Below are positions 48,619 through 57,096 of a DNA stretch of 57,096 bases, one piece after another (the stretch's first letter is position 1; every line of letters begins with the position of its first letter). This stretch comes from Acidobacteriota bacterium (GTDB taxonomy: Bacteria; Acidobacteriota; UBA6911; JACQSX01): NCBI GenBank assembly GCA_036507075.1, contig DASXQR010000132.1, positions 1 to 57,096 of the forward strand. Direction: 5' to 3'. The notes beneath the pieces are model-generated. The model was not told where the DNA came from. It saw only the letters and a list, made by a program, of their open reading frames with translations, and did no database searches. The position numbers were made by a program, and so were the translations under genes.

Positions 48619-49089
48619 ATGACAAAGAGACTGTTGGCGTTTATCGTTGTTGGTTTCTTTCTGACGATCGCGCACTTCGAGGCTCACGCCCAGAGCCAGG
48701 CCAAACCCGCAGCGAAGAAAACGGTTCTCTGGTCCGCCGGAGAGCTCAAATGGCAGGCGGTTCAGAACGTGCAGGGAGTGCAGCGAGCCGTACTTGCGGG
48801 CAATCCAGACAAGGGACCCCACCGGGCCATGATCAAGTTTGCGGCAGGAACCGAAGTGCCTCTGCATACCCATACCGCGGATGACTGGGGCGCCGTCATT
48901 TCGGGCACGCTAGTTATCGGGATCGAAGGTCACGCCCCAAAGGAACTGGGACCCGGATCCTATTTCTTGACACCCGGGGGAGTGAAACACACGACGAAGT
49001 GCAAAGCAGGTTCGGACTGTGTCTTCTATTCTCAGTTTGTCGGAGCTTTCGATTTGAAGCCAGCAGAACCTACCGCCGGGAAGAAGTGA
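48619..49089 (+). CDS. Secreted cupin-domain protein (DUF4437-like)
   Basis: PLHTHT..VISG..LGPGSY..PGGVKH; AAGGAG RBS; signal peptide. Confidence 0.85.
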   Translation: MTKRLLAFIVVGFFLTIAHFEAHAQSQAKPAAKKTVLWSAGELKWQAVQNVQGVQRAVLAGNPDKGPHRAMIKFAAGTEVPLHTHTADDWGAVISGTLVIGIEGHAPKELGPGSYFLTPGGVKHTTKCKAGSDCVFYSQFVGAFDLKPAEPTAGKK

Positions 49090-49133
49090 ACCGTTTAAGT
49101 TGGCGCGCGGCGGGCCTCGGTTCCAGTCGCGTG

Positions 49134-49493
49134 TTAGATCGCATCTTGCTTTTCCGCCGCGCCGACTGTGCTCCGCATGAGTGAGAAAAGGGTCGTCGCA
49201 GCCATCCACCCGACGATGATTACCAGTGCTCCAACGCTGGCCCGGCCGACTGATCCTGTAATCAGGGTAAAGACCGTCATGGCTGCATTCGTTGCAACGC
49301 AGAACCAGCGCAGCCCCGGTGCCGTTCCACCGTATGTCCGGCTGAGGAGGTTGACCGCCCCGGTCAGCACCATCGCAATGCCGCCGCTGAAGAACCACAC
49401 CGCCGCCGCCGTCAGGGTGCGAGGTGTGGAGGCCATGTGGAGTATGCCCAAGGCGATAATTCCCCAGCCGAGTACTCCGTACACCGTGCGCAT
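49134..49493 (-). CDS. Small membrane protein, gene cassette
   Basis: Four hydrophobic segments; GGAGG RBS; stop codon in ATCTAAC, followed by a truncated attC. Confidence 0.75.
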   Translation of the reverse strand: MRTVYGVLGWGIIALGILHMASTPRTLTAAAVWFFSGGIAMVLTGAVNLLSRTYGGTAPGLRWFCVATNAAMTVFTLITGSVGRASVGALVIIVGWMAATTLFSLMRSTVGAAEKQDAI

Positions 49494-49529
49494 ATGGCCT
49501 CCAGAAAGATAGCCGCGATTCCTGCGACA

Positions 49530-49620
49530 GTCTAACGCTCCAGCGTCAGCCGCGCGCCAGGAAAGGTATCAATTCAAAGGAATAGGGGTGGCGCGTCGGC
49601 CGCATGCCGTTGGTTAAGGC
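49530..49620 (-). other. attC site
   Basis: Minus strand GCCTTAAC ... GTTAGAC, 91 bp, palindromic. Confidence 0.75.
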
Positions 49621-49633
49621 GCCACGAAGTTTC

Positions 49634-50203
49634 TTAATCAGCACCCTGTAGTTTCAACCATTTCCCGAGGTAGTAGTAATGCACGGTAGACGCTTTTTCT
49701 AAAAAACCATCCTCTATCCCCTCGTGATCAATCGGTGGCGGCTTGGACGCACCAGACTCTCTGTAGGCCCTATAGTGATCTATTATGTACTTCTTGCCGA
49801 CCGCATAGATGACTCGGGAATAGCCAATCTGACCGTCGTCGATTCTTTGCAGCAGATTTTCATCAGGCAGTTTCTCAATTTCCGATACTCGTTCCGTGGA
49901 GCCTCCCCAAAATATCAGGATGGAGGACCTTCCGTTCCTGCCACAGAGAACGGCCCAATCAGTCTGACCCTTCCTCATAAACTGTCCGCGTGTGACGTTA
50001 TGTGGTTTTGCGCTGGCATAAGTCTGGGGAATGGTGCACCGATGTGAGCGAAGATATTTCGCTATGTTTTTTGGTAACTGCGGAAAGGCGCCTGGGGCCA
50101 GGCGTCTGATTTGAGCTTGCGCAACAGCCCACTCATTTTGTGGTTTTTGAACATGGGTGGCGTGGACTAATGTTAGTAGTCCTAATACGAGAATCCTGTT
50201 CAT
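49634..50203 (-). CDS. Secreted hypothetical protein, gene cassette
   Basis: Signal peptide, lower GC, bounded by attC-like sites. Confidence 0.75.
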   Translation of the reverse strand: MNRILVLGLLTLVHATHVQKPQNEWAVAQAQIRRLAPGAFPQLPKNIAKYLRSHRCTIPQTYASAKPHNVTRGQFMRKGQTDWAVLCGRNGRSSILIFWGGSTERVSEIEKLPDENLLQRIDDGQIGYSRVIYAVGKKYIIDHYRAYRESGASKPPPIDHEGIEDGFLEKASTVHYYYLGKWLKLQGAD

Positions 50204-50208
50204 CGCTT

Positions 50209-50297
50209 ATCCTTACGCGCTTCGGCGGCCGCATGGCGATAATTCTACCTGCCGGCACTTCACTGCGGCCACTGCCGGGTGCAGCCGCTTGTAAGGC
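50209..50297 (-). other. Degenerate attC-like site
   Basis: Minus strand GCCTTACAAGCGGCTGCA ... GCGCGTAAGGA. Confidence 0.55.
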
Positions 50298-50480
50298 AGC
50301 TGACGGGGACTTGAGGGAAACGCGTCGACAGGTGGCCTTGGACCAAAACCCATTTCACCGCGACCGAACGAGCGCGACAACCTGTTCGATGATCCTGACA
50401 TGATCGACGACCCGACGTGCAATGCCAAATGGGCGTGGCAACCTGCCAAGAGGTAGCAATGAAAAACAAAGGCCGCTGCG

Positions 50481-50663
50481 TTACTTCGAACTGCCCGAGC
50501 GCCCCTGAAGGACCAGAAGGGCGAGTCCACCAATGAGAAAGCCGGCACCAACGCCAAGAAAGGCCTGCCGACCAGAAACGCCGAGCGCGAGGAAGATCAC
50601 GCCCAGTACGACAAGCGAAACGCCCGATCCACTAAGCGTAGCAGAGCCCCATTTGCTTTTCAT
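50481..50663 (-). CDS. Small two-TM protein, gene cassette
   Basis: GGAG RBS after the GTTAGGC core; stop codon in TAAC. Confidence 0.65.
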   Translation of the reverse strand: MKSKWGSATLSGSGVSLVVLGVIFLALGVSGRQAFLGVGAGFLIGGLALLVLQGRSGSSK

Positions 50664-50682
50664 TTCTCCATTCCAGTTGTCT

Positions 50683-50737
50683 GCCTAACGATAGGCATCA
50701 GCCGCGCGCGCAAGACAATCTTTGCGATGTGTTATGC
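50683..50737 (-). other. attC-like site, internally deleted
   Basis: Matches the 40308 copy up to TTGCGAT, then jumps to GTTATGC. Confidence 0.65.
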
Positions 50738-50767
50738 GTCGTGCGCGCCGCCACCATCCTCTGCTTC

Positions 50768-51157
50768 TTATCCTGTTTGCCGTTCGCCGAACCAGTAGCA
50801 GAGACCGTCCGGCGCAACCACGTAGAAGACCTTCCAAGGCGTATCGTCGTGTTGTTCGATGTCGAACGCGGATATCTCCTTTTCCAAGCCGTTCGCCTTC
50901 AGCTCGGCGAAGGCCGATTCGGCACTATCAACCTCAAAAGCGCAGCCGTCCTGCGTCGGATCGCCACCGTTTTCGGCCAGGCCTATCTGGACGCCATCCC
51001 TGCCCAGGACTGCCGACCTGTGCGGCGAATCGCTCCGCGACAGAACCCGGAAGCCCATTACCATTTCGTAAAAAGGGATCGCGGCTTCCAAGTTTCCGAC
51101 CGGCAGGTTCATGTTGTTTCCCTGATACCCCCATGCGCTTTTGAACTCTGCCTTCAT
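50768..51157 (-). CDS. VOC/glyoxalase-bleomycin resistance family protein, gene cassette
   Basis: LPVGNLEAAIPFYE..MGF; FYVVAPDG..YWF. Confidence 0.85.
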   Translation of the reverse strand: MKAEFKSAWGYQGNNMNLPVGNLEAAIPFYEMVMGFRVLSRSDSPHRSAVLGRDGVQIGLAENGGDPTQDGCAFEVDSAESAFAELKANGLEKEISAFDIEQHDDTPWKVFYVVAPDGLCYWFGERQTG

Positions 51158-51310
51158 TCCGGCCCCTTCGCCTGTGAGTAAGCTTTTCAATACGTCCAAG
51201 TCATCTGAGTCAGTCTGAATGAATAAGTTACCGTGCGCCATGAAATAAATCCGCCCGTTGGCATTTCTTTTGCAAATGAAAGGCGGGCAGGCACAAGGCG
51301 TCCCAGGTCT

Positions 51311-51547
51311 TCAGATTGGTGCACCGAAGGCGATTGGTAGGCCCGGACGAGAAACGAATACGTCCCAAACTCGCCCACATCCGCCGCCGCACATTAAGCC
51401 GCGGGCTTCGATGGCTTCGCCAATGAAAATATCCCAAAATTGCTCGAGCCGAGCGTCGTCGAGTCCCTCAGATAGTTGGAATCTGACCTCGAATCCAAAT
51501 TCGCAAAACTCGCCGCGGTGCAGCTTTTTACGAAGTCTCTTTTTCAT
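51311..51547 (-). pseudogene. YggL (DUF469) family protein, C-terminally truncated cassette
   Basis: KKRLRKKLHRGEF.EFGF..AIEARGL.CGGG; ends early. Confidence 0.7.
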
Positions 51548-51574
51548 TCCTGTTTGTAATATGCACCCTCTGCA

Positions 51575-51650
51575 GCCTAAGCATAGGCATCAGCCGCGGT
51601 CAAGCGGCGGGGACAAGCAGTGGCGCGTCGGCTGGATGCCGTGGTTGAAC
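51575..51650 (-). other. attC site whose inverse core (GTTCAAC on minus strand) is the element's left inverted repeat
   Basis: GCCTAAGCATAGGCATCAGCCGCG...CGCGTCGGCTGGATGCCGTGGTTGAAC. Confidence 0.7.
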
Positions 51651-52192
51651 TAAATCCGCCTGCGGCGGATAGATAAAAACCCTCGGCCGATCGTTTTCTT
51701 TTTCAGATTCACATTAATCTGTAGTGGGACTCAGTATTCCTTTCCAGGGAGCAATGCCGCCCCCCGGAAAGGAGATACTGTATGACACCGTTACGTCAAC
51801 GGATGATTGAGGATATGCAATTGAGGGGGTTTTCGGCAAGAACTCAAGAATGCTATGCGGCCGCTGTGGGCCAACTGGCAAAACATTATCATTGCAGCCC
51901 GGACCAACCAGGCGTTTTTATTCCCAGTCCATGTGCTGTCGGTCATTTTTCGCGCCCAGCGCACTGCTCTGTCTGGCGCGCGCTCTTGCAGCCGCGTTCA
52001 CCTGCTCGTGTGTCTACAATCGTGTATTTGGATGGTTTCAGGAGGCTACTTCACGTTACCGACTGCCGTTCGTGTGGTTTCACCCATTCACGCACGCTCT
52101 TCTTTGCGCAACACCAGCTGACTGGTTCTGCTCGAAAGCGCATTGAAATTCCAAACACCTGCCCACCAGCCCACCCCGGGATTTAGTTCAAC
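51644..52192 (+). mobile_element. Internally deleted tyrosine-recombinase + IS91-like transposase element
   Basis: 14-bp inverted repeats GTTGAACTAAATCC (51644) and GGATTTAGTTCAAC (52179); integrase N-terminus MTPLRQRMIEDMQLRG..SPDQ (51782-51907) fused to an IS91-like fragment FLFPVHVLSVIFRA. Confidence 0.75.
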
Positions 52193-52276
52193 CCAGGATT
52201 TTGTCGCGGCTTACCAGTCGGAACTTTGTCATATCCTGCCGACTCACGCGCGACAAGAATCCTTAATTTGTTCGGT
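52186..52276 (-). other. attC site, subfamily 2
   Basis: Minus strand ACCGAAC ... GTTGAAC; AGGATTTTGTCGCG pairs with CGCGACAAGAATCCT with one extrahelical base. Confidence 0.7.
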
Positions 52277-52280
52277 GGCG

Positions 52281-52520
52281 TTATTTGGCAGCGAATTCGG
52301 GCCGCGCGTACGACTCAAGGAATCCGCAGCCCGAACAGCGGAAGGTGCCCACGGGAATGCACTTGTCGGTAGGCACTTTTGTCACGGACCAGAAGGCCTT
52401 CTCCGGTGCTCCCTCGACCCAGTTGATGACCAGGCGCCCCCCTCCTGCGTGGAAATCGACGATGAACCCCTGAACCATTTCGCTCTTGCACCTGGGACAT
52501 CCAGTCTTTGCCTCGCTCAT
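52281..52520 (-). CDS. Small zinc-ribbon-like protein (DUF6487-like), gene cassette
   Basis: CPRCKSEMVQGF...RCSGCGFLESYA; GGAGG RBS. Confidence 0.78.
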   Translation of the reverse strand: MSEAKTGCPRCKSEMVQGFIVDFHAGGGRLVINWVEGAPEKAFWSVTKVPTDKCIPVGTFRCSGCGFLESYARPEFAAK

Positions 52521-52742
52521 GCTTGAACCTCCGAAAAAGGAATTGGAGTAAGTCGCTGTCCACCGCCGAGCTTCTGTTTATGTGGTTTCCAGGTAAACCC
52601 GCTTCCTGGTTTCACTTCCAGATAACATGGCCCAGCGGATTCCGCATAAGCCGTTTCTTACCCACTGGTCAGAGTTGTCTTTACGATATCAACCGTTTGC
52701 GCCGGCGTTCTCCAACCTGGAATACACCAGCCGATGCACTCA

Positions 52743-52840
52743 GGATTTAGTTCAACCCAGGATTTTGTCGCGGCTCACCACTCGGTCCTGTGTCCCATAC
52801 TGCGGTACCGCGCGCGACAACAATCCTTAATTCGTTAGGC
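52743..52840 (-). other. Second element end (GGATTTAGTTCAAC) fused to a subfamily-2 attC
   Basis: Near copy of 52179-52276; minus strand GCCTAAC ... GTTGAAC. Confidence 0.72.
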
Positions 52841-52879
52841 GGTGGTCATCCCAAGTTTACGACATTGGCGTTACCGCGG

Positions 52880-53010
52880 TTAATCTAAATCGGGAAGCTG
52901 GTCTCGTGAGATGAGCAGCTGAATGGATCGTCCCTGACCTGGCACTCTCGTGATAAAGCCATTGCGTTCCAGTGTCAGAATCATTTGGTGCACAGTTGGA
53001 GGGGGCAACC
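52880..53010 (-). pseudogene. 3' fragment of a MarR/LexA-like winged-helix protein cassette
   Basis: PPTVHQMILTLERNGFITRVPGQGRSIQLLISRDQLPDLD*; N-terminus missing. Confidence 0.65.
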
Positions 53011-53016
53011 CTCGCC

Positions 53017-53105
53017 GCCTAACGCCCGGCATCAGCCGCGCGCCAAGAAATGTAGCGATCCAAGGGAACCGCGATGGCGTGTCGGCTGCATGCCGATTGT
53101 TAGCT
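53017..53105 (-). other. attC site
   Basis: GCCTAACGCCCGGCATCAGCCGCG...GTCGGCTGCATGCCGATTGTTAGCT. Confidence 0.75.
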
Positions 53106-53192
53106 GGCGCTATTGTTGAGTGGTAGTCCGCGCATAGTCAGCGTTGCAGGTTCATCCCTGAAGATCAGCACGGATCTGCACCTAAATTTTCT

Positions 53193-53287
53193 GTCGCCCC
53201 TGCCGGGGCTCAGAACTTTTTATGTTCCACCAACCCAGGGCGGCGCTTCGCTTGCCCTGGGCTACTTTCTTTCGTCCCTTCGGGACT
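53193..53287. repeat. CGCCCCT-GGGGCT / CCCAGGG-CCCTGGG REP-like cluster
   Basis: Three short hairpins downstream of the receptor gene. Confidence 0.6.
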
Positions 53288-53475
53288 GCACGGAGCCAGC
53301 CAACTCGAAGTAGACGGCGTAACGGTCGTAATATTCCACGGAGAATACGCCGTGTAGCACTATTCCTATTTGTGTTGCTATTCGGGCGCACCCTGTTATC
53401 GCGCGCGTTACACGGTTGCTGGAGCGGCCTAAACAAACGGCATCAAGCCGGAACCTGCCGCCTGGAGCTGACTGC

Positions 53476-56400
53476 TCAAAACTCCAGGCGAATTCCCATG
53501 CGGAAGGAGCGCGGGCCGGAGGCGTCCAGGTCGGACACGTCGCCTACGCCGCTGATTACGCCCACGGCGGCAGCGGAGCTGATGTTGACGGCCGGGTTGG
53601 ACCAGTTGGGATGATTGAAGAAGTTTGTGGCAGTCAGCTCCCAACGCAGCCGCATGCCTTCGCTGACACGAAAATTCTTGAAGAATCCCGCATTGAAGAT
53701 ATTGGAACCCGGTCCTTTGATGACACCTTTGGCCGCCGTTCCAAAGGAGCCGGTCTTTGGCGCCGCAAACGCTGCGGGATCAAACCAGCGATTCACGGAT
53801 TGCTGGCTGCCAGGAAGATTCGGGTCGCGAAGTTGATCGGGACGCAATGTCACCTGTGCCGGAGTGGAGGATGACGTGAACGCAGTTCCGACCGGGTCGG
53901 GTCCGGTCCATTGTGGAGTGAGGAACTGTCCGGAATGCAAGGCATACACTCCGCTCAGCTCCCACCCTCCCGCCAGGAATTCGATGAACCGATTGGCAGA
54001 ATGCAGGAAGCGCTTGTTCCTCCCGAACGGCAGCTCATAAATGAAATTCCCGGTGACGCGATGAGTGGGAATGTCCAGCCAGACGCTGCGCTCGCGGAGC
54101 CGGTCATATGCGTTCTCGGGCGACTGCCCGCGATCCAAATCGCCGATGTCGCGAGCCCAAACCCAGGAGAACTGATAGGAAAGCCCTCGCAGGTACCGGC
54201 GCTCCGCTTCGAAAGTCAAAGAATGATACTGGTGCCCGGCGCCGTTTCCAATGTAAGTGATGGCGGGATACCTCGGAAATCGACGTGGCTTCTGAATGTA
54301 GGGTCTCGAATCCGGAACCGGCTGGTTGATGTTGTAACCCCACTCTCCCTGGCGGGTGTTTGTTCCGATGTAGGAAAGCCGGAATCCGGTGTTCCATCGC
54401 TGGTGCTCGACGGTAAGGTTATATTGCACGCTGTAGGGAGTGCGCAGATCCGGCTGAACAGCCGACGGCAATGTGATTGTCGTCGGCCCGCCGACGCTCG
54501 CCGGAAACACCCGCGGAAAAATAACCGTCGGAGCCGCGGCCGGATTTGTAAAGCTCGGCTCGTTGATCACAAATGGCGCGCCACCGGCCGGCAGTGAGCG
54601 CGAAACGACGTCATAAAAGATTCCGTATCCGGCGCGGAGCACGGTGTCCTGCCCCCAGGGGCGAACGGCAAGCCCGATTCGAGGAGCAAAGTTGTTCCGC
54701 TCCGTTTTCAGCAACAACTTGCCCGGAAAGCCGGCGGCCCCGGCTTCCACCACATCGACATAACCCCGTGGGAGCAACGGGCTGATTTTGTCCAGCGAAC
54801 CGTCAGGGACAACAATCCTGCCGGTTGTCACATCGAAGAGGGACTGGCGGCCTGCATCTTCTGACCACGAAGGATGGATTTCGTAGCGCAGGCCCAGGTT
54901 AAGCGTGAGCCGCGGTGTCAATTTATAATCGTCCGTCACGAAGAAATCGTAGGCCCAGCGCAGGCGGTCGATCCGCACCTGGGGGAAGGCGCGCGACGCG
55001 GTGGTTGGAATCCCCAGCAGAAAGTCGGCGTAAGGATGGCCGGTGAATCGGTTCGAGAACGACACGTTTCCAAATAAAGCTGTGGGGGCCTGGCTATCGG
55101 AAAAGCGAACGCGTGACAGTATGAAACCGGACTTGACGTTATGGCTGCCGCGCGTCCAGGTCAGATGCTCCTGAAACTGCTGCGCGTTATTCAGAAAGCC
55201 GGGGTGTCGCCACTCCGTTTGACTGATCTCCGTTACCCCCAAGCCGGAAAAAGTCACGCGTAACAGACCATTGATGTCTGGAAGATCGTCGGCGAGCCCC
55301 ACGATTCCAAGTTGACTGACTATCTCTTTTCCCATCAGCGGGCCATGCCGCGGGTTGTCGTTATAGGCGAACCCCCAACGGAATTCGTTAATCATGTTTT
55401 TCCGCAAGGTATGCGTGTATGAGAGGTTCATAGCGCGGGTGTCCCTTGTCTGCCACCGCTGGCCGATGGTCGGCAGGTCGCTGTCAAAACCGCGGCTGTG
55501 CGAGCGATTCCAGGTCCAGCGACCGAAGACGAAAGAGTTTTCGGAAAAACGATGGTCAACGCGCACCGTGTAGTAGGTTGAAGGATCGAAAGGCCGCGTT
55601 TTCATTTCGCGATAGTTTTGACTTCGGAGCACCGAAGTATCTCCGAAATTCGGCAGCGGATAAAAACGCTGCTGGATGCGTTCGGAGACCGAATTGATTC
55701 GGTTGGCCGGGATAATGTTTCCCGGGAACGGGGCATTGTTGGAGAAAGGATCTCTTAAAACGGTCCCAGGGAGCAGCGCAGAGAAATCGCCCTTGCGCCA
55801 GTTCGGAAGCGGGACCGTCGGATTGAGCAGTTGCTGGGACAGGCTGCCGCGAGACGTCTCAAAGGAGGAGAAGAAGAAGCTTCGATTCCGCCCGTCGTAG
55901 ATTCCCGGCACGCGAATCGGCCCGCCGATCGATCCCCCGGGCGCGTGCCGCACGCCTGTTGCGCGCGCTGAAGCAAATGGATTGCGCGCTCGAAAGAACG
56001 GAGTCGCATAGTAGTCGAAGACGTTTCCGTGGAACTGATTGGTTCCGGATTTGGAAATAATCGTGACCTGGCCGACGGCGCCGAATTCTGCGGTGTTGTT
56101 GGCCATATCGACGCGCACCTCCTGGAAGCTCTCGATGTTGCTGACCAGCGGCGAGATCTGGGTGCCGTCGAACGCATTGCTCAGCGTGATTCCGTCAATG
56201 GAAGCGTCGGACTGGTTGACCCGGCTTCCGGCAAAACGCCGCGCGGCCGACCCGGCGCCGGCCTGCAGGACGCCGGGTGTAAGTCCCAAAAAATCCCAGA
56301 GCTGGCGCGTGTTCAGCGGCAGGGACTTGAGGGCGCTGGCGTCTTTCATGTCGCTGATGCGCGCCGTTTCCGTCTCGATCAGCGTTGCCCCGGCCGAGAC

Positions 56401-56751
56401 TTGAATCGAGGACTCCAGCTCACCGACTTCCAGCCCGATGTCGACGCGGCGCAAGTCCTGGGCGGCGAGCTGCAAGTGGACGACAGATTCCTTGAACCCG
56501 GCCAGTTGAGCGGTAACGGTATACTGTCCTTCGCGCAACTGCGTCAGCGTGTAATGGCCGGAGTCGTTGGTCAACGCGCTGTAACGATAGTTGCTTGCCA
56601 GATGAACGGCGGTGACATTCACTCCCGGGACCACGGCTCCGGACTTGTCGGTCACAATGCCGGTGATCGTGCCAAACGTAGTCTGAGCGAAGAGCGGACT
56701 GCTCCACAGGATCAGAACTATCGCGAATAGAGTTTGTAGAAATGGTTTCAC
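53476..56751 (-). CDS. TonB-dependent receptor (Oar-like)
   Basis: TTFGTITGIVTDKSGAVVPG, LNLGLRYE and NNFAPRIG motifs; ends FRMGIRLEF; GGAGGT before GTG 56751. Confidence 0.92.
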   Translation of the reverse strand: MKPFLQTLFAIVLILWSSPLFAQTTFGTITGIVTDKSGAVVPGVNVTAVHLASNYRYSALTNDSGHYTLTQLREGQYTVTAQLAGFKESVVHLQLAAQDLRRVDIGLEVGELESSIQVSAGATLIETETARISDMKDASALKSLPLNTRQLWDFLGLTPGVLQAGAGSAARRFAGSRVNQSDASIDGITLSNAFDGTQISPLVSNIESFQEVRVDMANNTAEFGAVGQVTIISKSGTNQFHGNVFDYYATPFFRARNPFASARATGVRHAPGGSIGGPIRVPGIYDGRNRSFFFSSFETSRGSLSQQLLNPTVPLPNWRKGDFSALLPGTVLRDPFSNNAPFPGNIIPANRINSVSERIQQRFYPLPNFGDTSVLRSQNYREMKTRPFDPSTYYTVRVDHRFSENSFVFGRWTWNRSHSRGFDSDLPTIGQRWQTRDTRAMNLSYTHTLRKNMINEFRWGFAYNDNPRHGPLMGKEIVSQLGIVGLADDLPDINGLLRVTFSGLGVTEISQTEWRHPGFLNNAQQFQEHLTWTRGSHNVKSGFILSRVRFSDSQAPTALFGNVSFSNRFTGHPYADFLLGIPTTASRAFPQVRIDRLRWAYDFFVTDDYKLTPRLTLNLGLRYEIHPSWSEDAGRQSLFDVTTGRIVVPDGSLDKISPLLPRGYVDVVEAGAAGFPGKLLLKTERNNFAPRIGLAVRPWGQDTVLRAGYGIFYDVVSRSLPAGGAPFVINEPSFTNPAAAPTVIFPRVFPASVGGPTTITLPSAVQPDLRTPYSVQYNLTVEHQRWNTGFRLSYIGTNTRQGEWGYNINQPVPDSRPYIQKPRRFPRYPAITYIGNGAGHQYHSLTFEAERRYLRGLSYQFSWVWARDIGDLDRGQSPENAYDRLRERSVWLDIPTHRVTGNFIYELPFGRNKRFLHSANRFIEFLAGGWELSGVYALHSGQFLTPQWTGPDPVGTAFTSSSTPAQVTLRPDQLRDPNLPGSQQSVNRWFDPAAFAAPKTGSFGTAAKGVIKGPGSNIFNAGFFKNFRVSEGMRLRWELTATNFFNHPNWSNPAVNISSAAAVGVISGVGDVSDLDASGPRSFRMGIRLEF

Positions 56752-56772
56752 GGTTACCTCCTTAATTGGCCT

Positions 56773-56950
56773 GGGAGTGGGAGAGTGGGCGAGCGGGGGA
56801 GCGGGGGAGCGGGGGAGTAGGGGACGTAAACTTCGGGCGCCGATAGTTCCACGCTCCGGACGATCCGCTTGACCTTTGACCCTGCAGTTCCCACACTCTG
56901 GACGATCCGCTTGAACTTCGATTCTGCGGTCCAATCCGGAGCGTCCGCTT
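56773..56950. repeat. Octamer repeat (GGGAGnGG) followed by about 2.5 copies of a roughly 42-bp unit
   Basis: GGACGATCCGCTTGA recurs; explains the spurious N-terminal extension of the ORF. Confidence 0.65.
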
Positions 56951-57014
56951 GCTTACCCGGATTATTCATAAACTGAAAGAATTGGCCGCTGATCTACTCG
57001 GAAAACACGGATTA

Positions 57015-57096
57015 GTATCGGGGTCGAGGGATGGGCTCCATCACTGCAGTGTGTTAGTTTCGCCGAGCGTCGACGCCCATCCCTCGACCCCGATAC
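57015..57096. repeat. Perfect 22-bp inverted repeat at the window end
   Basis: GTATCGGGGTCGAGGGATGGGC ... GCCCATCCCTCGACCCCGATAC. Confidence 0.85.

Noticed and set aside
51782..52186. Integron integrase intI or an intact 134-aa gene
   Set aside because: Only about 42 codons resemble an integrase N-terminus, of the type paired with IS91-like transposases; no catalytic domain is present.

Overview
GC-rich bacterial window; the gene content suggests Acidobacteriota (four Oar-type TonB-dependent receptors, a PVC-type heme protein, a CRTAC1/ASPIC protein). This assignment is inference only. About 1-39 kb is mostly carbohydrate uptake and catabolism, including a complete L-rhamnose locus (ABC transporter, rhaEW, rhaM, rhaB, rhaI, an IclR-type regulator and a TonB receptor). 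Its intergenic spaces carry several REP/MITE-like palindrome families, and a RAYT-type HUH transposase sits at the left edge. About 39-53 kb is a decaying accessory region: two clusters of integron attC-like sites with cassettes and toxin-antitoxin modules but no integron integrase, a tRNA-Ala half-site, nested repeat arrays and many deleted genes. Best leads: (1) a probable selenoprotein outer-membrane beta-barrel at 44067-45146, with an in-frame UGA at mature residue 3 followed by a SECIS-like hairpin, which the ORF track split; (2) a deleted tyrosine-recombinase + IS91-like element whose 14-bp terminal inverted repeats are also attC core sites, so it is formatted as an integron cassette; (3) a candidate palindromic operator for the unusual rhamnose regulator. 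All family assignments come from motif recognition; no searches were run.
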